Part shown: piece after piece, positions 41,506 to 51,625 of the stretch | Layout: each line of letters opens with the position of its first letter | Numbering within the stretch: the first letter of the stretch is position 1 | Assembly: GCA_044870765.1 (NCBI GenBank) | Contig: JBIOZG010000054.1 | Span: 1-64,000 of the forward strand | Length of the DNA stretch: 64,000 nt | DNA from: Nitrososphaeraceae archaeon | Lineage (GTDB): Archaea; Thermoproteota; Nitrososphaeria; Nitrososphaerales; Nitrososphaeraceae | Reading direction: 5' to 3' | Notes under the pieces: generated by a model | Database searches by the model: none | What the model was told of the DNA's origin: nothing | Seen by the model: only the letters and a program-made list of their open reading frames with translations | Program-made: the position numbers and the translations under genes

Positions 41506-41973
41506 ATGGAAAAAAACCGCCCTTCTGGTGTTACCATAGTGGCCGTACTAGCTATAGTTAGCGGAATTATCCTTATAGTTGGAGCTGTTTTTACTATATA
41601 TCTTGTTCCAGACATAATAACTTCACAACTCACTATCGAAATGTCTAATCTTACAAGTACAAATCAGTTAAGTCCTGAATTCGGTCCCACCCTAACTAGA
41701 GCAATAATAAATATAGTCTATATCGTTTCATCTGCCGCAATCGCGCTAGGAATTGCGTGGTTTGGGTTAGCTTGGAGCTTGTTTACTGGTAAAGGTTGGG
41801 CTTGGTTGATCACTGTAATTCTTGCTATAATATCTATAGTATTTAGTATTGTGGCAATAATGGGTGCTTATATAACAAGCATTCCTACATTAATTATTAG
41901 TGGAATAATCCTTTACTACATGTACAGACCGCAAGTAAAGTCATACTTTGGGAGAGTTAAAATATCCAAATAG
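41506..41973 (+). CDS. Four-TM membrane protein (RPxGVTI...GKGWAW)
   Basis: RPSGVTIVAVL, GKGWAW, YYMYRPQVKSYF. Confidence 0.8.
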   Translation: MEKNRPSGVTIVAVLAIVSGIILIVGAVFTIYLVPDIITSQLTIEMSNLTSTNQLSPEFGPTLTRAIINIVYIVSSAAIALGIAWFGLAWSLFTGKGWAWLITVILAIISIVFSIVAIMGAYITSIPTLIISGIILYYMYRPQVKSYFGRVKISK

Positions 41974-42083
41974 GTTCTTGCTACGACGAATTCTGATATT
42001 TCTATTGAAATTAAAACCCTACAACATCCATAATTTCAGCAAGTATGGGAATTTAATTTATATTGGTAATTTCTTGATACTAT

Positions 42084-42683
42084 TCAGGATTCTGACTCGT
42101 CTCTTGAATGTCGCCTTTGTATTAGATACTTAATTGTAGATTTATGATTGCCAGGCATCTGATTATACTCCATCATGTCGCCTTTCTTTGTCATCCGATT
42201 CTTCTCTAAAACTCGTATCGAAGCTTTGTTTTCAGAATACACATATGCCCACACTTCTTCTAATCCTAGAACAGAGAGCGCAAAATTGATGACTAAGGCG
42301 ACAGACTCAGTTCCTATACCTTTGCTCCAGTATCGTTCTCCAATCCAGTACCCTAAATTTCCTTTCTTGGCAATATCTAAATCCTTTAGACCTATTATCC
42401 CAACTAAACGAATAGGATCATTAGTATTATTCTTGTACTCTATCGCAAAATTTAGACCCTTGAGTGACGTAAAATCTTTATGACTTGAATCGATAAAATT
42501 TAGAGCATCTTCTAAAGTGTAGGGAAAGGGGACTTTCCATAAAGATTTGGATATATTATGAGTAACTAACTGGCTAATATCCTTGGCGTCGTCAATTGAG
42601 AGTTTTCTCAATTTTACTAATAGACCGTTTAATTCAGGAAAGTAGCTGTAGGTTGATCCAGTCATAGTTTCTTGAAAACTCAA
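42084..42683 (-). CDS. GNAT acetyltransferase, RimJ/RimL family
   Basis: VPFPYT, LGYWIG..YWSKGIGT, NKASIRVLEK. Confidence 0.9.
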   Translation of the reverse strand: MSFQETMTGSTYSYFPELNGLLVKLRKLSIDDAKDISQLVTHNISKSLWKVPFPYTLEDALNFIDSSHKDFTSLKGLNFAIEYKNNTNDPIRLVGIIGLKDLDIAKKGNLGYWIGERYWSKGIGTESVALVINFALSVLGLEEVWAYVYSENKASIRVLEKNRMTKKGDMMEYNQMPGNHKSTIKYLIQRRHSRDESES

Positions 42684-42805
42684 AAAGTAATCTTAACTAT
42701 AAAATATTGTTATGCAACGTACAAAAATAATCTCATTTCGTTTGATTCAATTCGTTAGCAAAATTACTTGTTGATCTTGGTAGGGAATTGTCAACTTCAG
42801 GGCCA

Positions 42806-43774
42806 TTACTTATCAAATCCAATTGCACATGCGTCGGATAATAAATAATCTATTATTTCTTGCAAATCAATCGTGGCAAGACAGCAAACCTTATCTGCAG
42901 CACCGTAATAGACGAATAACCTGTTGTCCAAAACACAGGCTCCGCTAGGAAATACGACATTGTTGACATCACCTTTTAACTCATAATCTTCTTTTGGAGC
43001 AAGTAGTGGGCTTTTTGTTCTTCCCAGAATTTTATTTGGATCTTTTATATCTAGTAAAAAGGCCCCAGCACTGTAAACATGCTCTGAACTAACTCCATGA
43101 TAAATTACAAGCCATCCCTTTTTTGTCCTAATGGGCGGGACACCAGTTCCTACCTTTAACGCCTCCCAACTTTGTTCTGGTTTAATGAGCAACGAGTGTT
43201 TCACAAAATTGGTGACCGAATCACCTTCTGCGATCCATATGCTGGGTCTATCTGTATTGTATTCTGGACCTATCCAACTGCTTGGCCTGTGAAGTATCAT
43301 GTATTTTCCGAGTTCAAAATCGCCATCAGATTTTGGAAAAAGAACAACATCTTTATCTTGTGATCCCTCGACGGTTATTATGCCAAGTTTTTCATAGTTA
43401 AAAAAATCATTTGTCCTTGCAAGTGCTGATGATACTGAGGGATTATTTCTGACGTAATTTGAGAGTACAACATACGTTACATAGTTTTCACCATCAATAA
43501 TCGTTAAACGGGGATCTTCAATACCAAAACTTTCGTATTCCATCTCTGGATACATCGATGGTTCCTTACGTCTTATGAAAGACAGGCCATCATTACTTGA
43601 GGCATAACCAATCCGGGATACATAATCCTCGTATTCTCCAATTGCTCTATAGAGCATGTGTATATTTTTACCATCATTGAGAACCGAGCAATTAAACACT
43701 GCCTTTGATTCCCACCAATTTGATGGATCAGGAACCATAATCGGATTAATTTTGGATCTTTTTAATTGAAGCAT
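42806..43774 (-). CDS. GH130/DUF377 glycosidase or mannoside phosphorylase
   Basis: VFN, LYRA, GIEDPR, DKDVVLFP, LHRP, YHGV, NVVFPSG, YYGAAD. Confidence 0.9.
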   Translation of the reverse strand: MLQLKRSKINPIMVPDPSNWWESKAVFNCSVLNDGKNIHMLYRAIGEYEDYVSRIGYASSNDGLSFIRRKEPSMYPEMEYESFGIEDPRLTIIDGENYVTYVVLSNYVRNNPSVSSALARTNDFFNYEKLGIITVEGSQDKDVVLFPKSDGDFELGKYMILHRPSSWIGPEYNTDRPSIWIAEGDSVTNFVKHSLLIKPEQSWEALKVGTGVPPIRTKKGWLVIYHGVSSEHVYSAGAFLLDIKDPNKILGRTKSPLLAPKEDYELKGDVNNVVFPSGACVLDNRLFVYYGAADKVCCLATIDLQEIIDYLLSDACAIGFDK

Positions 43775-44056
43775 TTGATTCTTAAATCCTAACTACCTAG
43801 TAGCTTTTCGCTATAAATATTATATGTATCTAATTTGAAAATTCCATAACATCCTGAGAATTGGTTATAAGATTATCTAATTCTGATAATTAGTATCGAT
43901 TGTTATCTTCTCAACTAATTGGGTGTCTAAGGGTATACAGATGACCATTCAATCCTGTTATGGTTTACGTGTCACGAAGCAGGAAGACCTTACCTGAGGA
44001 GCAAAACACGGTAATAAATGTTAAATATTGTCCCGTTGATAATGTTATGATGTAAA

Positions 44057-44332
44057 GTGAATAACAAGGTTGCTGATTCATGTGAGCATATGGATAAAGT
44101 TAATCAAGATTCAAAGGGAAATACTAAAGGATGTGAAGAATGCGAAAAAATCGGATCTGATTGGGTTCACTTACGCCTATGTCTGACGTGTGGCCATGTA
44201 GGTTGCTGTGATTCTTCTTTAAATAAACATGGAACAAAGCATTTTAAATCTACAGGTCATCCAATCATAAGATCCTTTGAACCCGGTGAAAAGTGGAAGT
44301 GGTGTTATGTTGATGAACTTTTTATCAGATAG
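44057..44332 (+). CDS. Stand-alone UBP-type zinc-finger protein
   Basis: GCEEC..W.HLRLCLTCGHVGCCDSS..KH..KHF. Confidence 0.92.
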   Translation: MNNKVADSCEHMDKVNQDSKGNTKGCEECEKIGSDWVHLRLCLTCGHVGCCDSSLNKHGTKHFKSTGHPIIRSFEPGEKWKWCYVDELFIR

Positions 44333-44402
44333 CAAACTTATTACTCAGAGTAACCAATTCAGGACACTCAGGTGTTGAAACCGACAATTATGGGGTGCGA
44401 AT

Positions 44403-45080
44403 GTGAAACCAATTATTAAACCGCTACCCAACGGCCCGTATTATCTGATAAACGATCTCCAACCAAAAATAGTCAATAACCTTTTAAATTCTAAAGGAGA
44501 GCCTCTAGGTACAATTGCAGGAGTGGCATTATGTCGCTGTGGGGGATCAAAGAACAAGCCATTTTGCGATGGCACACACAGTATAATAGGATTTTCAAGT
44601 AAGAATAACACTGCAGACAAGAACGATAACCCCAATAGGATCGTTATTAAGAATATTAGACGTGACTATCCTGGAAAAGAGATTACAATTCATGATAATA
44701 GAAAAATTTGTTCACATGCAGTAGAGTGTGTTAATAATCTTTCTTCTGTGTTTAAATTAGGATCCAGTCCTTGGATCGACCCTGACGGTGCCAAAATGGA
44801 CGATATAATAAACACCGTGAGAAAATGTCCGTCTGGCGCATTAAGTTACTCCATTGATGGCGTTGAATACAGAGATCCGAAGGAACAAAGAAATCCCAAT
44901 GTTACGGTGTTAAAAAACGGACCTTACCATATTACTGGAGGAATTGAACTATTTGGTGAAGATATTCAATTTGGGCAAGGAGCGTCGAAAGAACATTATA
45001 CTCTATGTCGTTGTGGAGCTTCTGAGAATAAGCCATTCTGTGATGGCGCTCATAGAAAGGTGAAGTTTGAAGATAGATGA
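44403..45080 (+). CDS. CDGSH iron-sulfur protein (two CDGSH domains + divergent 4Fe-4S domain)
   Basis: LCRCG.S.NKPFCDG.H twice; CSHA.EC...CPSGAL. Confidence 0.9.
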   Translation: MKPIIKPLPNGPYYLINDLQPKIVNNLLNSKGEPLGTIAGVALCRCGGSKNKPFCDGTHSIIGFSSKNNTADKNDNPNRIVIKNIRRDYPGKEITIHDNRKICSHAVECVNNLSSVFKLGSSPWIDPDGAKMDDIINTVRKCPSGALSYSIDGVEYRDPKEQRNPNVTVLKNGPYHITGGIELFGEDIQFGQGASKEHYTLCRCGASENKPFCDGAHRKVKFEDR

Positions 45081-45395
45081 GAAAAATAAAAACAGATTTT
45101 TATTGTTTTTAATTTCGTTTTTATAGATTTTGAATTTTTACCAGATATGCATCATGAATATGGGAATCCATCGTAGAATACCGCCCAGGTCCCATGCCTT
45201 GTTTGGAACAAATCTGAGTAATCCTAGATCTGCCCTAATGTACATATTTAGTCTCTATTATGGTAATGTCTATTATGCTAATATAGTAGAAATCTGTCCG
45301 TATTGTTAGTTCAATGTTTGTTGTCAATAATTTTTATTCAGAATTTTAAGATATTTATAATCATGTACGTAAAGGATATTGAAAGATGGTGTAGG

Positions 45396-46598
45396 ATGGT
45401 TATTGAAATTGGTCCAATTTTGCAGGATTTTACTGTTATCATGATTGTTGCATCTGTAATGGCAATGGTTTCTTACAAACTTAAGCAACCGATGGTAATA
45501 GGTTATATCATTGCCGGTATGATAATAGGACCGTTTACCCCACCGTTCAGTTTAATCAGCAATTTTGATGTTCTAAATCTGTTTGCGGAAATAGGAGTTA
45601 TCTTGCTACTGTTTGTGGTGGGTATGGAATTTCCTATAGAAAAACTAAGAAGGATTGGTAAGAAAGCATTGGTCATAGCCTTTAGTGAGGCATTAGGCAC
45701 ATTTGCTCTAGGTTTTATTGTATGTCAGGTATTGAAATACTCTATGGCCGATAGCCTCTTCTTAGCTTTGGCCATTTCTGTAACTAGTACGGTAATTGTA
45801 ATGCGTATTTTAGATGAGCTTGGTATGATAAAAGATGAAGCTTCTACAATAGTTCTCGGTGTTGCAGTAATCGAAGATATCATAATCATATCTATGTTAG
45901 CTATCTTACAATCTGTCACATCTGCCGGTGGCCTATCCGGAATGGAATTAGTCGTGTCTATCGGTACTGTTCTTGCATTTATCGGAGGTGCTCTGTTTAT
46001 AGGTTCAAAAACAGTACCCAGATTTGTAAATCTAATTGGCAAAACCAATCAACACGATGTCCTAGTTGTTGCAATTCTTGGAGTAGCTTTTGGTCTCTCA
46101 TTCATGGCGTTTGAGATTGGCATATCTGTGGCTACAGGGGCTTTCTTTGCTGGGGTTTTGATTGCAGAATCAAAGGTTCATTCAGTTACCCGAGTGTTAA
46201 CCACTCCTCTTAAAGACATGTTTGGTGCAATCTTTTTTGTTTCCATTGGTGCCCTGATGGACATTACAATGATACCAAGTTTCATAGTGCCAGCACTTAT
46301 GCTTATAGCAATATCCATAGGGGCCAAATTCCTAACTGTTTATATCTCTTCTAGATCACAAGGTTACCCTGCCAAAGCGTCACTGAAAGCCGCCTTTGGA
46401 CTTTCATCATCTGGAGGAGAACTGGCACTAGTAGTAGCCAAAGGAGGAGCCGACGTGGGAACTACGAGTTCGTTTGTGCTGCCAATGGTAGGAGCTATGA
46501 CCATAATTACAACCTTCCTTACACCGTATTTGATAAAGATAGGATGGAAAGTTGTAGAGAATAGGGGAAGTGGGGATAAAGCACTTGAATCTGATTAA
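45396..46598 (+). CDS. CPA2-family cation:proton antiporter
   Basis: LKQP..GYI.AG..IGP, AEIGVILLLFVVGMEF, STVIV, IED, GAFFAG; start moved to ATG 45396. Confidence 0.9.
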   Translation: MVIEIGPILQDFTVIMIVASVMAMVSYKLKQPMVIGYIIAGMIIGPFTPPFSLISNFDVLNLFAEIGVILLLFVVGMEFPIEKLRRIGKKALVIAFSEALGTFALGFIVCQVLKYSMADSLFLALAISVTSTVIVMRILDELGMIKDEASTIVLGVAVIEDIIIISMLAILQSVTSAGGLSGMELVVSIGTVLAFIGGALFIGSKTVPRFVNLIGKTNQHDVLVVAILGVAFGLSFMAFEIGISVATGAFFAGVLIAESKVHSVTRVLTTPLKDMFGAIFFVSIGALMDITMIPSFIVPALMLIAISIGAKFLTVYISSRSQGYPAKASLKAAFGLSSSGGELALVVAKGGADVGTTSSFVLPMVGAMTIITTFLTPYLIKIGWKVVENRGSGDKALESD

Positions 46599-46645
46599 AA
46601 AGAAATAAATTGTATACTCAAGGTTGCATTTGAATTCTTTATAGT

Positions 46646-47032
46646 TTAGCTATCAACAATCTCTTCTATTGTTTCTTCCCTACCATCACGTCTATGCCTG
46701 CCTAGTTGTTCAACACAGATAGTAAAACCGACATGTGCGCAATCATCAGATCTACAATAGTTACAAAATGGTATACCAGATGATAACTTTACCTCAACTT
46801 CCTTTGCTAAGGATGTGTCATAAAGCACAGTGTGCTCATCATTAACAAATTTAATTAATACAAGCGCGTTATCTGAATTAAGGGATTTCTTATTAGACGA
46901 CCCCATCCACTGCATGAATGCCTCTGTCCCATCTTCTATTGTTTCACACCTGTGTAACTGCTTATTGTCGTCAGGAGGTTCATTAGGGTCGGTATTTTGA
47001 TCTTCACTTGAACTATGAGGATTTTTTTTCAA
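46646..47032 (-). CDS. Hypothetical protein with CxxC...CxH zinc site
   Basis: FCNYCRSDDCAHVGF. Confidence 0.6.
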   Translation of the reverse strand: MKKNPHSSSEDQNTDPNEPPDDNKQLHRCETIEDGTEAFMQWMGSSNKKSLNSDNALVLIKFVNDEHTVLYDTSLAKEVEVKLSSGIPFCNYCRSDDCAHVGFTICVEQLGRHRRDGREETIEEIVDS

Positions 47033-47244
47033 ATGTATTGCCTTTTTTCTGTGCTATTATGAGACTTACATTATATTTTAATATATTGTCCATATGACCA
47101 TGAGATTTAAGCTCAGGACATCATAATGAAATTGGAACTTTCGGGTATTCAGGGAGAATGATTGCATGCCTGAGTTGATTTTCACAATTAAGAGAATAAA
47201 TTGGTGAGATTATTATTTGTCCGTAATAAATTAAAGGCAACTTT

Positions 47245-47550
47245 ATGAAGGTAAGAGTCTATTTCTGCAGGGAACCTGATGTTCAAGCCAGAATACTAAG
47301 AGACAATAGACTGAGCCGACAGGCACTTGATACCATATACGATCTAGTCTGGGAATGCGAATTCAAGAACATTCTGAATGTTGGGAGGATTTGGCTTAAA
47401 TTTAATGCAGAGATACAAAAACCATTTGGAATAGCCCTGAGAAAAAAGCGGAGTCATAGCAAGATTGCTCCGGGAGATATCATACAGATGGCTGAAGATT
47501 TTTTCCTAGTTCATGACATTGGTGCTAAAAAAATAAAGATAAGCGATTAA
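47245..47550 (+). CDS. YodL-like domain protein (putative)
   Basis: YDLVWE...IWLKFN...HSKIAPGDIIQ pattern. Confidence 0.5.
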   Translation: MKVRVYFCREPDVQARILRDNRLSRQALDTIYDLVWECEFKNILNVGRIWLKFNAEIQKPFGIALRKKRSHSKIAPGDIIQMAEDFFLVHDIGAKKIKISD

Positions 47551-47927
47551 TTTATTTCTAAAAATTCAAAAAAATTGTTTGCAAGTTGAGTTTATCCCAG
47601 CTGATTCAAGAGTGAGAGTCTGGGATTGTATTTGCATCCGCCAGCCATATAGCACTTGTTCTGCGGTATTGAAAGAAGTACCCATAGTTCCAGTACCCCT
47701 CCGCTTTGATCACATTATAATATAAACATTCAATTCGGCAGTAGAGATAAAAACCATTAATTTTGTAACTCGTAATAATAATTTAGTAAAATAGGACAGA
47801 CAAATTGAAGGGATGATTAGAAAGTATTACGAAAGAAACTCAATTTCTTAATTAATTTCTGAGCCAACCTATCATACATGTGAGGAAATACCATTTTACA
47901 ACTGTTCTTTGAGAGCATTAATATGGC

Positions 47928-48278
47928 TTGTCCATAATATATGAAATAGTGATAAAAGCCAAATGCGGTCACGTGGTGGAAAAAAAATACATAGATGTAC
48001 ACGACGGACTGTGTAGAAAATGTCATTCTAACTTTTCGTTTATACTGGATATAGTTTCAAAAGGAGGCGACGATGCGTTGGTCCAGTACTGGTATGGTAT
48101 GATACTAACCAATTTATCTGGAGTAAACAAACAGGAATCTACTTGTCTTATTGAGCACCTCATTGAATATTATAGAAGCCAGTTAGTCATGGTTCCATCA
48201 AAGGAGAGGTATATAAAAAAGATGTTGTATATGTTAAATTCTTTGCGGGAACCAACAGATATTGAAAAATTAAGATAA
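47928..48278 (+). CDS. Hypothetical protein with N-terminal CGH...CxxCH zinc site
   Basis: KCGH...HDGLCRKCH. Confidence 0.65.
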   Translation: MSIIYEIVIKAKCGHVVEKKYIDVHDGLCRKCHSNFSFILDIVSKGGDDALVQYWYGMILTNLSGVNKQESTCLIEHLIEYYRSQLVMVPSKERYIKKMLYMLNSLREPTDIEKLR

Positions 48279-48629
48279 GCGTCTGGCAGATTCCACAGTA
48301 GGCATTTGAATTTTGTTGCATTTTGCTTACTATAGACGCTTTGGTACGTGGACCAATTACAGGTAACTGCAAATTCAATTCATGTCATGTTTCCAAACAT
48401 ATTGATCTGTCTTATTCTAATTGTAATATAATGCTGAAAGTTTAAAACGGTACTAATAAACTGTTTCTATACCTTTTTCAGTAACTTTACGACACTTGCA
48501 TGCTATCACCTTGTAGTTTGCATAGATGCAAGATTTTGATTATAATCGACCATCTAAATTGAGTATTTGCTATTGTAGCTACTGAGGTTCTTGGTATGAT
48601 GCTTTCACGGATTTTAGATTTGTTCTAGT

Positions 48630-49442
48630 TTACATGACCATATTATCTTCTGACTGAGTATTCATAGGAATCATACCATCATATAATATTATTAACCCCA
48701 GACTGCTCAATATTCCTAAGATAATGAGAACGATTCCAACACATCTTGCGATCCAAATGCCCCTGGGCCAAATTTTTTCTCCAAAAATTATTGTGGCAAA
48801 TACACCCATCCATGTGATATTCATCCATCCCAGCGATACCATGATTAGAAAATAAGGCCAACAGCACCCTAGGCAATAAAGTCCATGGTATATTCCCATT
48901 TTGATTGCACCTGTTATTCCGTTGTTCCATCTCCGCATGAAAAAAGACAATGGAGATTCACAATATCCAATACATGTGTTCTTTAAAGATGTGAACTGAT
49001 ATATTCCCGACACAATTAGAATACTGCCAAATATGATACCAAGGCTTTTAGCGTCTTGAAACATAACGATACTATTCATAGGAATGGACCAAGCCAAAAG
49101 TAATACCAATCCCGTTATGGACCAGATCGCCAGATATATCCCAATAAAAAGCCCGACTTTAAATGTAGTTAGTCTTGGTTGAAGAGTTTCTGTTGACGAA
49201 TCTGAATCTGACTGTCTATTTGTAAGGAGCTTACTATAAAGTAAAACGATTGGTACTATTGCGGGAAACATCATTGCTGCCATTCCAAAAGTCCAACTTA
49301 CAATAAATAGGACTATCAATAGTGGATTGTAGCTTTTCATGATGTTCATCATTTCTGGTTGATTTATGGATAGGAACCAAGAAACTCCAGAAATAGTGAT
49401 AAGTGAAACTAAGATGATTTTTTGCAGGTTATTCATTATCAA
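48630..49442 (-). CDS. DUF2182 metal-binding integral membrane protein
   Basis: MAAMMFP, GIYQFT.LK..C...C.SP, GLYCLGCCW, MN..WM, EK. Confidence 0.9.
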   Translation of the reverse strand: MIMNNLQKIILVSLITISGVSWFLSINQPEMMNIMKSYNPLLIVLFIVSWTFGMAAMMFPAIVPIVLLYSKLLTNRQSDSDSSTETLQPRLTTFKVGLFIGIYLAIWSITGLVLLLAWSIPMNSIVMFQDAKSLGIIFGSILIVSGIYQFTSLKNTCIGYCESPLSFFMRRWNNGITGAIKMGIYHGLYCLGCCWPYFLIMVSLGWMNITWMGVFATIIFGEKIWPRGIWIARCVGIVLIILGILSSLGLIILYDGMIPMNTQSEDNMVM

Positions 49443-49672
49443 TGTACACTAGACAAAGATTAGAATAAATTTACTCCTTTCAAAGTGTACTACAAGTACT
49501 ATCCAGAATCCTTATTTTTCTAACGACGTTTAGTAGCTTTTTGAACTCTAACACATGAAATATAGCGCTATATTTCAGGAGTGAAACAAAACTACCTTGT
49601 TGCGAAACAAAGGTCATAATGTGGGTTTATATGGCGTTTAATACCAATTAATACCAAGATATATATAGTATT

Positions 49673-50221
49673 TTGTGCAGATCATATTACATGTCTACAG
49701 GCAAGGAAAAAAGTAGAGAAATCTTCAACATCACTTTGGACGAAACAAGATCTACTGTTAAAAGAACAACGGATGAGGCGATAAAGGAAATTCCAAGATT
49801 TACAAAAGCGGTTAACGAATATCAAGAAGAGACAATTCAAGCGACAAAAGATATTGCAGATAATTTTCTAGATTCTCAAAAGGAAATTATTCATTCACTG
49901 CAATCCTTATGGATTCCATACGTGGAAAATGTGCAAAATTCATACTGGTCATATTGGACATCTCCAAAGAGAGTCACAGAGAATTATGCAAGAGCAGTAA
50001 GCAATGTTACCGAAAGTACTATAGCCTCAACCAGACTAGCAAATAACGCACTATTTGCAACTATGGATGTTTGGAAAACTTCAATGCAGCACACAAGAGA
50101 CAATGCAAAAGAATTTTCACGATTAAATTCTAATGTCGCAAAGTCATTTGAAAATGTTGCAAGAGACAGCTTAAGAGATTTTTCAGCCAGAGAAGAAGTA
50201 CAAGGACACACACGACAATAG
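49673..50221 (+). CDS. All-helical phasin-like protein (putative PHA-granule protein)
   Basis: Amphipathic helical composition; terminator-like hairpin downstream. Confidence 0.45.
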   Translation: MCRSYYMSTGKEKSREIFNITLDETRSTVKRTTDEAIKEIPRFTKAVNEYQEETIQATKDIADNFLDSQKEIIHSLQSLWIPYVENVQNSYWSYWTSPKRVTENYARAVSNVTESTIASTRLANNALFATMDVWKTSMQHTRDNAKEFSRLNSNVAKSFENVARDSLRDFSAREEVQGHTRQ

Positions 50222-50230
50222 GTTAATACC

Positions 50231-50261
50231 TGATAGATTCGAAATTAATCTATCATTTTTT
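50231..50261 (+). terminator. Hairpin + T-run after the phasin-like gene
   Basis: tgatagatt/aatctatca stem followed by tttttt. Confidence 0.6.
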
Positions 50262-50400
50262 ATTTCATACTCTATCAGAATGATATCTGATTTTTCATCT
50301 TGTGGAATAGGTATCTGAACTGAACTAATAAGCTATTTTGAATAGGAATAAGCTTGACTCTTTACGATGAACTATAGGCTAGAAATTCAAAGTATTACTC

Positions 50401-51588
50401 ATGAAGATAATTGACGGGATACATGAGAGTAAGGGATATGTCACTAGGATGTCTCCACTGCGTCATTGTGTTATAGGAAAGGGAGACTATCATTCAAAGA
50501 ACCCTGAACTTGATTTGAAGCCAAATGAAGTGGTTTTTTCAAACAGGTCAGAATGCTATTGTATTTCAATTATAGACATAGTTGGTTCTACACAAATTAC
50601 TTCAAAGCTATATTACTCTGGCAAAATTAAGAAATTCTATACAGTATTTATAAACGAAATTGCAGATATTGTCAAACATTATGGCGGAAGAATATTAAAG
50701 ACTGTAGGAGATGGTGTAATATTTTTCTTTCCTCAAACATCAACAGTTGAGAATATTGAACCATTCAAGCAGGCATTAGAGTGCTTACTTAAAATGGTAT
50801 CATCTCGTCAGATCATAAACGCTAATCTTCATAAAGAATTACTTCCCGAAATTTCATATAGAATCAGTGCAGATTATGGCAAATTAGAAGTAGCAATGTC
50901 TGGTGAAATAAGTAACTCTTATGATCTGTTTGGACCTACCATAAACTTTTGCGCCAAAATGAATAGAAGGGCACCACCAAATGGTATAGCCATAGGAGCT
51001 GACTTGTGGCGGATCATAAATTCTTTTCCAACACTTGCAAGGCGCTACCACTTTCAAGAAATAAAAGAACTATCTTGGAAAGAGAACAGATATTCATATC
51101 CAGTATACCTGCTCAAACCACCTACCGAAATATCCATCGATAGAAAGTTAGGACTGTCAGCAAGAACTGATTCTCTAGTTGAAGCAAGTTCTGGGCCCAA
51201 GGTCTTAAGAATAATGCTAATAGATGATGATCCATCCATCTCATTCCTGTTTACACAATATCTGAAATCGGCAGGAATGGTTGTTGAACCATTTACTGAT
51301 CCAGAAAAAGCTCTGGCCCACTTTATAGAATCAGATTATCGTCACTATGATTTGGTCATTACCGATATTAGGATGTCTAGTTTGAATGGATTTGAGCTAT
51401 ACCAACAATTAAAGTCCCTTGACCCAAACCTTCGAGTAATATTTGTAACCGCTCTCGACATTGCTGAGGAAATAACTACGTTACTGCCTGAAGTAAAGCT
51501 GAGCCAATTCATTATCAAGCCGGTAAACCCAAGTGTGCTAATTAATAGCGTTAAACAACAGGCAAATAGACACATTGATGGAGTATAG
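50401..51588 (+). CDS. Class III adenylate/guanylate cyclase fused to a C-terminal receiver domain
   Basis: IDIVGST, KTVGDG, YDLFGPTINFCAKM; REC motifs IDDD, ITDIRM, VTA, IIKP. Confidence 0.88.
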   Translation: MKIIDGIHESKGYVTRMSPLRHCVIGKGDYHSKNPELDLKPNEVVFSNRSECYCISIIDIVGSTQITSKLYYSGKIKKFYTVFINEIADIVKHYGGRILKTVGDGVIFFFPQTSTVENIEPFKQALECLLKMVSSRQIINANLHKELLPEISYRISADYGKLEVAMSGEISNSYDLFGPTINFCAKMNRRAPPNGIAIGADLWRIINSFPTLARRYHFQEIKELSWKENRYSYPVYLLKPPTEISIDRKLGLSARTDSLVEASSGPKVLRIMLIDDDPSISFLFTQYLKSAGMVVEPFTDPEKALAHFIESDYRHYDLVITDIRMSSLNGFELYQQLKSLDPNLRVIFVTALDIAEEITTLLPEVKLSQFIIKPVNPSVLINSVKQQANRHIDGV

Positions 51589-51625
51589 TCGAAGCTATCG
51601 AAATTAAGGTAAGTGAAAATAAAAG

